NCBI RefSeq assembly: GCF_001194135.2
Contig: NC_068983.1
Location: forward strand, 62,836,467 to 62,875,894
Reading direction: 5' to 3'
DNA from: Octopus bimaculoides
Lineage: Eukaryota
Length of the DNA: 39,428 nt
Below, in pieces: positions 33,594-39,428 of the stretch (position 1 is its first letter; the number at the start of each line of letters is the position of its first letter). The position numbers were made by a program, and so were the translations under genes. Under the pieces are notes generated by a model, which ran no database searches, was not told where the DNA came from, and saw only the letters and a program-made list of their open reading frames with translations.

Positions 33594-33965
33594 CGTTGTC
33601 AATCATCGTCCGCTTCTCACCAACAAATTCAGGAGTTCTTTTCTAATCAGAAGGATCAGAGTGAGTTTTCTGTGCCTTCGTAATAATCATTAGACTCATC
33701 TAACCCTTTCCGAATCCTCTGCACTGTCTTCAAATTGACACCCAAACACTCTTCGTATTGGAGCTTCCGGCGCGAATACCGAACAGTACAGCCTATCGTT
33801 TCCGAATTTCTGGCAGAGTTAATTGCGTCATGGTGGTGGTTTGTTTTTCACTGATGGTGCCCACCTGACCCTACTATACTGTGTACTCGACAAAATCAAA
33901 AACAATCAATGAGCATATGCGAAATTAAAAATATAAAACGGCGACAATTTGCCCATCGTACCCTG
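33594..33965 (-). mobile_element. Tc1/mariner-superfamily (maT-like) transposon, left end with TIR and 5' part of the transposase
   Basis: Terminus CAGGGTACGATGGGCAAATTGTCGCC at 33965, next to (TA)n. The ATG at 33831 gives MTQLTLPEIRKR*AVLFGIRAGSSNT..VNLKTVQRIRKGLDESND..KRTPEFVGE..MIDN. The catalytic triad is absent, so the subfamily is inferred. Confidence 0.75.
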
Positions 33966-33966
33966 C

Positions 33967-34027
<61 letters not shown>

Positions 34028-34028
<1 letters not shown>

Positions 34029-34420
34029 CGGTGAGTTAGTGGTTAAAATAACCGCCTAAGGGATAAAAGTATCCTATTCTCCAATATATAGGACTATCCA
34101 ATCAAATACCCATTTATAAGTTTAGTCATTTACTTAACGTCCTAGGGAGGTACACATGCAACATGAATTCATTCTCACCATATTCAAACTTTCCTCCTTT
34201 TCTTGTCTCCTCTTTTTATTTATTTATATATTTTCCACTCTGATGAAGCTCGATAATACAAATCGGTTTAATTACCAGCTATGATATATATTCTTAGCAT
34301 AATAATACCAAAGAACATTGGCAGCAGAAACAGCTATCAGATGGAATGCAGTCTTTTTGTAAATAATAAATAATAATTGATGCAAATCAAGTGATTTTCA
34401 TCAATATTATCTCAATTTTC
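34028..34420 (+). mobile_element. probable Penelope-like pseudo-LTR fragment between two (TA)n tracts
   Basis: Complex block bounded by (TA)n that contains hammerhead motif H4. The class is inferred from the ribozyme. Confidence 0.45.
34233..34346 (+). ncRNA. degenerate type I hammerhead motif H4 with a large branched stem II
   Basis: UUCCACU-CUGAUGA-[80 nt]-GAAAC-AGCU-AUC-AGAUGGAA. Stem I has 7 bp with one bulge, and stem III has the palindromic loop AGCU. The 15.2-16.2 pair is C.A and the base of stem II is imperfect. Confidence 0.55.
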
Positions 34421-34425
34421 TGTTT

Positions 34426-34510
<85 letters not shown>

Positions 34511-34919
34511 TGTGTGTGTATATATACCCCAATATAAATTCAGCAGTATTATTTCAATGTAAAATTATATTTAAATTGAAGTTATTTGATTTCTTCTCCG
34601 AAGAAATATAGCACACATATTGTGCCGAATATTTGCAAACAAATTTACCTCGCATTTAAAGAAGACGGTCTCGTGTAATGTTATGCAATATGCATCAGTT
34701 TTTAACTCTTTCATTTCTTTGCCAGACGTTTCGGCAGCAAGATTTGAGAAGGCACATTGTACTGATAACTCTTGCTGCGAACGAGTGTTAATTAGATATA
34801 TCAATTGCGTCTGTAACCAGGTTGGGCTCTTCGTATTCAGTATGAAAATTAAGAGGTAATTAGCGGGGGCGTGTCCTTAAAGAAAAAAAGCATTCTCATC
34901 GGTTAGACGACATCAGAAC

Positions 34920-35240
34920 CGTCGAGTTTGTCTTGCAGATGTGTTAAATTGGTATCTGGCATTGTCGAGCAGCTCAGCATGATTGAGTCTACTATCAAAT
35001 CTCTCTGCTCACGAAGATATCAGTTAAAATTCATTGTAGTGAAGAAAGGGTAGTTTATATCCAGTAAGATTCGAGAGAATCGTATCAGTTTTGTCGCATT
35101 TGTGACGTCTTTGGTCCCAAGGATTCACTGGTAACCGATGTTATAAGGTGTGGTAGTTGGCATGGGCTGGAGCAAGTTTCTGACATTCACAGCTGCTTTT
35201 GTGGACATGTCGGGGACCTCATTGAGGAGGAGAATAACTG
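34920..35240 (-). mobile_element. heavily degraded mariner transposase relic
   Basis: EVPDMS..VNVRNLLQ (WVPHxL..LL pattern), NI-VTS-E after a 1-nt shift (IVTxDE), LLDNAR (LHDNARPH). Confidence 0.45.
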
Positions 35241-35370
35241 TATTCAACGGTTCTGATGTATATAGTTAAACTTGTGTACCATTTTTCTTTTTTTGTTCTC
35301 AAATACTATGGGAACCATCAATGTGAATATTTTATTTTAATCGTTGTGTCAGCTTTTCAAATAAAACGGT

Positions 35371-35401
35371 GACTAATGTCATTTCTTTTTATTTGTTTCA
35401 G
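35371..35401 (+). other. candidate 3' splice site (branch point, pyrimidine tract, CAG)
   Basis: GACTAAT at 35371-35377, then TTTCTTTTTATTTGTTTCAG ending at 35401. Confidence 0.35.
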
Positions 35402-35624
35402 TTTGTAAGGATATCGTCAGTAGGCGCTTAATCCCACGGAAATGTTAATGATGGTGATATATCACTTTCTCTTATAACTCTTTTTTCTTTAGTCCTTTTC
35501 TTTTTACTTTTTTCCCAAGCTCTAAATATGCTTCCATTCACTTAAATGTTATTTGTCACGTGGGTGGCGACTGTCTCAGAGTTATTTCCTTTTAATCGAT
35601 TCTATTTAAAGTGATGATAAAATA

Positions 35625-35940
35625 AATTCTTCTTCTTCTTCTTCTTCTTCTTCCGCCTCCTCTTCTTCCTCCTCCTCTTCCGCCTTCGCTGCCTTCTTCA
35701 CTGTTACGTCATCACTTCAACTAACATTATCCTTGTGGTCTTCGTCATCATCTGCTAGTATCTTAATTTTCATCTACTTATTCTGATCATCATCATCATC
35801 ACCATCATCATAATCATCATCATCATCATCATCATTATCATCATCTTCCTCATCACCAGCAGCAGCAGCAGTAGTAACAGTAGTAACAGCAGTAGTATCA
35901 GCCGTCGTCATCGTCGTCATAGTAGTAGTAGTAGTAGTAT
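35625..35940. repeat. compound trinucleotide tracts (TTC)n/(TCC)n, (TCA)n, (CAG)n/(TAG)n
   Basis: Direct reading. Confidence 0.9.
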
Positions 35941-36599
35941 AGAATATCACTTCCACTCATCCCCATGTCGTTCTTCTCTGCTCATATCTTCACTGTTTGT
36001 TCTTGCATGTTAATGATAAGACAAGTTTTCTTGGAATCCATGTCATAGGTCTACCAATAAAACTTCTCTCTCTCCCACTCTCTCTCACTTCTCTCTTCTT
36101 TTTCTTGTTTTCTAATTTTTAAATTCTTGAGTTTTATACAACACAACTGTTCTTACTCTTTTGTTTGTTCTCGTTTCATATTCAACAGATATCCTTCTAC
36201 GTAACCTTCATGTTCTCTTTAATCAGTGTGATCTCTCCGATATTCGGTTTCACCTTATCCCCCAACACTGAACCGAACATTGCATATTTTGATTGTTTCT
36301 TAACGAAAGAATATTCTTTCTTGTTCTCTAACTTCTATTGCAGGTTTCATTGGCATATAACATGCCAATCTCTCATTTGTTTCCTCCTTGTATGTCTGTC
36401 ATACTATTAACGCCTATACCACCTGTTTTTCTTTTTTTTTTTTGCTTAATTTTATTCTCAGGATTATATTTCTTGAATTTTGTTTCAATCTAAGACAGAG
36501 TTTAGGTATCCAAATCTCTTGCAGGCTCTATTATACTAGTGAATGTTGTTGATATGATAAATGCTGAATGTCTGGGATATGGCATGTTACAGGGATAGC

Positions 36600-36930
36600 A
36601 AAAGGGAAGTGGACAGTACGTCGAATAAGTGTGTGTCAGAGTTACACCAATAGTAAAAGAGACAGGTGAAGACCAGAATAAGTTTCATACGGCTAATGGT
36701 TTTGATAAATTGTTGAGAAGAGAAGTATTTATCTGTTGCGGAACTGTTATATTTGGAAGTCAGCTTCGCTTCTTACATAATTGTAGCATACTTAGAATTT
36801 ACCCAAAGATTGTTATAATGATTCTCTCCATAAAAAGTTTGATCAGATTTACGCAAATGTGCCAAATTGATCGTGAATCCCAGATACTGGAATTACTCTT
36901 CATTTGTAGATTTCTCGACAAATTTCTCAC
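36600..36930 (-). mobile_element. possible RTE-like LINE relic
   Basis: EE*FQYLGFTI (FxYLGSxI pattern) followed by NNLWVNSK. Nothing else is convincing. Confidence 0.3.
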
Positions 36931-37229
36931 GTAATTACTCCACTTCTGCATTGAACACTGAAAAAGGAGACACTACGGAATAACAATGAGAGACCGGGTC
37001 TCTCTTATTGTATTCCAATCAAACTACAGTGACTGGTTGCGCTATTCGGTGGCCCGGTCGTGATAATGTACGGATTAGAAGAGCTAAGTAGTGATGTGTA
37101 CGAATATGAATTCATTACCAGTACAAATATACTTCAGGTGCACTCGAACCCGTAATAAAGATATTCACTGTATTTCGTCAACAGAAAAATTATTGTTGTA
37201 GACAAATAGGTGTAAACGCACCCATTTAA

Positions 37230-37279
37230 TTCGATGGACACATGAATTTCGGAGTAGTTATATCCTCTTCAGCATCGAA
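37230..37279 (-). ncRNA. compact type I hammerhead ribozyme motif H5
   Basis: UUCGAUG-CUGAAGA-GGA-uauaacuac-UCC-GAAA-UUCAUGU-GUC-CAUCGAA. Stem I has 7 perfect bp, G10.1-C11.1 is intact and the triplet is GUC. Stem III is weak. Predicted cleavage is between 37237 and 37236. Confidence 0.75.
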
Positions 37280-37565
37280 CGTTAGAAATGACAATGTGTG
37301 ACCAGGTGTAAGAGGAAATAATTGCTCCAAAATGTACGCATCCATCGATTTGGGTAGGGGGACGCTACGAGCTCCTGTTTTTCTACAGCGGAAAGTTTTC
37401 TTCATGACGAAATACCATTGCTTAGCCATTCAAATCCGTAATATATACACGAACGCACACGCACGCACACACATATATATACACACACACATATACTTCA
37501 AATTTACAGAAAAAAAGACGAAGACAGTTGTAGAAACAAGAAGCACTCGGGAAAAATGGAAAAGT

Positions 37566-37601
37566 CTTTTACGTTTCGAGCCTACGCTCTTCAACAGAAA
37601 G
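37566..37601 (-). ncRNA. minimal hammerhead-like motif H6 with CUGUUGA core variant
   Basis: CUUU-CUGUUGA-A-GAGC-guag-GCUC-GAAAC-GUA-AAAG. Stem II has 4 bp with a tetraloop, stem III is the loopless palindrome ACGU and stem I has 4 bp. A6 is replaced by U. Confidence 0.6.
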
Positions 37602-38285
37602 GATTAAGAGGAAAATAATGTCGGAAAATGAAAAAAATACCCAATTTTTTAGGGCTTAGATTGTTTTATCTATCCTTCTCCTCTTACTTGGTCCTTAAAT
37701 TCCTTTCTAAATTTTATCATTTAATATACAAAATATAATAGTAAATAAATTTTACTAAATTTGGATATACTTTTTCCCCTTTGTATCCTTAATGCCTACT
37801 TAGATCTCATTGTGACCTCCTTTGTTTTCTATCTTAGGCTCCTTTTAATCGATAAGTCACCCCTGCCATTCCTCTTTCTGGTTATCACCTATATACCATT
37901 ATCTTGCTAGCATCTTCTGAGGCATGTTCTTTTATGTGGACATGACAAATTTATAGTCACGGTAAAATAGGGGTAGTGAAGAGTATCTAACATTAATTAA
38001 TTTATCACCAGCAGTAAGAACTTAACTGTCAATTCCCAAAAGTTTTAATTCTAAGGGGATGTAGAATACTTGCTGTATTGGATCTTTTGATTTTGATGAG
38101 GATACAGATGAATGTAGCTATATCACCATTACTCTTTCTTAACCCCTATTGATATTTTCTTCTGCCACTCTAAATTGTAGTAGGCTTTAAGTATCTTCTC
38201 CCTATGTACATTCTGCTACAATAATAGCAATAGGCAATGTAATTCGTTTATTCACTAGATCTGATGAAAATGCAACTCTCAAAGC

Positions 38286-39011
38286 CAGATCACGTTTATG
38301 CTGTATCCTGCAATTCAGTCATAGACAGGAACAAAGAGTCAACGTGAAATTTTGCGTTACACTTGAAAAGTTTGCTACAGAGATATTGGTCATGCTTGGG
38401 CAAGTTTACGGTGTCGAAGCCAATTTTCGAGAGGCACGAGCGCTTCAAAAGCGGAAGAATGTCCCTGGAAGACAATGAGCAATCTGCCACGAGCGTCATC
38501 CCTGGAAATGTTGTATTTTGCATCTAAAATTCAACCCTTCCTCACTACAGGGCCAAAGCATCAATCGAGAGTTCAACTGGGACGTTTTGAAGATTTTGAG
38601 GAAGGACATTCGGCGAAAGCGACTAGATCTGTGGTGCGCGAAGAATTGAATTCTACACTGAGATCTCCTCACTTGTAACTTTTTCAGAAGGAGCAACATG
38701 GTATCGCTTCCGTACTGGCAATATTTGCCTGATTTAGCACCTGCAGACTTCCATCTCATCCTCAAAATGAAAATGCTGCCGAAAGCTCGCCGTTTTAACA
38801 ACGTTGTCGAGATCAAGTGCGAATCGCTGAAGGTCCTCGACTCACTTACGGAAAACGACTTCCAGACCGGATTCGAAATGTGGCAGGAACGCTATGACCG
38901 GTGTATTGCTGCGCAAGGTGACTATTTTGAAACATATGATGCTAAAATTTGGGTAAATATGTTATTTTGTATTAAACATAATTAGCCTGGGAATCTTTTG
39001 ATACCACCTCG
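38286..39011 (+). mobile_element. mariner transposon deletion derivative with right TIR
   Basis: QRVNVKFCVTLEKFATEIL, RFKSGRMSLEDNE, then a jump to QGQSINREF..LRKDIRRKRLDLW, and YLPDLAPADFHL..WQERYDRCIAAQGDYFE. The right TIR CCTGGGAATCTTTTGATACCACCTCG is followed by TA (39012-39013). No left TIR was found. Confidence 0.88.
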
Positions 39012-39109
39012 TACAACTATAAGAGGAAGTGTATATTGACCAGAAAAATACAACATCTGATATAGCCTGCTCGGTATATATATATATATATATATATATA
39101 GATATGCAG

Positions 39110-39428
39110 GGCAGGGAAATCATCAATTAGTAATAAAATTAATAATTAACAATTCTGCCGGGCAGCTCAGTATGAAAAAAACCTTTTTCGGTAAAAATTT
39201 ATAATCATAAATGTATAGGGATTGACAGTAACCTGCTTCTCCAACATACTGAGAATTCAGAAATAGCAGTCAAAGAACTACTGATTTCAAAACTACAAAT
39301 TATTACTCCAGATTGATAGCGATATTTTTGATACACACAGAATAAAAAACAATAGAGAAGAGTAAAAAAACACCTGCCTTTAGTTAATTTAGTACAATTG
39401 TTTCACAGTTAAGAGTACATAATACTCT
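39110..39428 (+). repeat. dispersed repeat family Y copy, cut by the window edge
   Basis: Homologous to the reverse complement of 31787-31970. It starts next to a (TA)n tract. Confidence 0.65.

Noticed and set aside
34718-34790. Minus strand: 9-bp stem GCAGCAAGA/TCTTGCTGC followed by CGAAACGTC, resembling the 3' half of a hammerhead
   Set aside because: There is no CTGANGA box or stem I partner upstream. At best it is a fully decayed remnant.
35385-35430. Minus-strand CTGACGA...GAAAC
   Set aside because: No stems form, and it overlaps a pyrimidine tract that explains the GAAA.
36984-37010. Short hairpin GAGAGAC-CGG-GTCTCTC; similar small stems at 5382-5410, 18788-18824, 24182-24201 and 28077-28099
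   Set aside because: Stems of 7-9 bp are expected by chance in 39 kb of biased sequence.
37226-37429. Minus-strand ORF with LTFDAEEDI read as a decayed YADD motif
   Set aside because: The same bases form hammerhead H5 with a perfect 7-bp stem, which is the better-supported reading.
38261-38290. CTGATGA box; other isolated boxes at 8775, 11873, 14184, 19422 and 33023
   Set aside because: None has a downstream GAAA with pairing stems. Isolated boxes are expected by chance.

Overview
This is AT-rich animal genomic DNA from a draft scaffold, with eight N-gaps, seven of them bordered by microsatellites. The dense (TA)n/(TACA)n/(CA)n/(AG)n/(TAA)n tracts and the tRNA-derived SINEs suggest a coleoid cephalopod such as Octopus; this is inference, not a database match. 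I find no intact protein-coding gene, rRNA, true tRNA or CRISPR array. Most ORFs in the supplied track are microsatellite or gap read-through. The window is a transposon graveyard containing SINEs of three families, Tc1/mariner relics, APE-type LINE relics, and many restriction-like-endonuclease (RLE; R4/Dong-like) LINE fragments chained through (TAA)n tracts. The most interesting signal is in RNA structure. Six type I hammerhead-ribozyme-like motifs from about five unrelated repeat families can be folded by eye (7885-7974 -, 8598-8687 +, 32158-32218 -, 34233-34346 +, 37230-37279 -, 37566-37601 -). Two of them lie in the arms of an 864-bp fold-back (7855-8718) that resembles the inverted pseudo-LTRs of Penelope-like elements. 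All alignments and folds were done by eye. Boundaries of degraded elements are approximate (tens of bp), and family names come from recalled motifs rather than searches.
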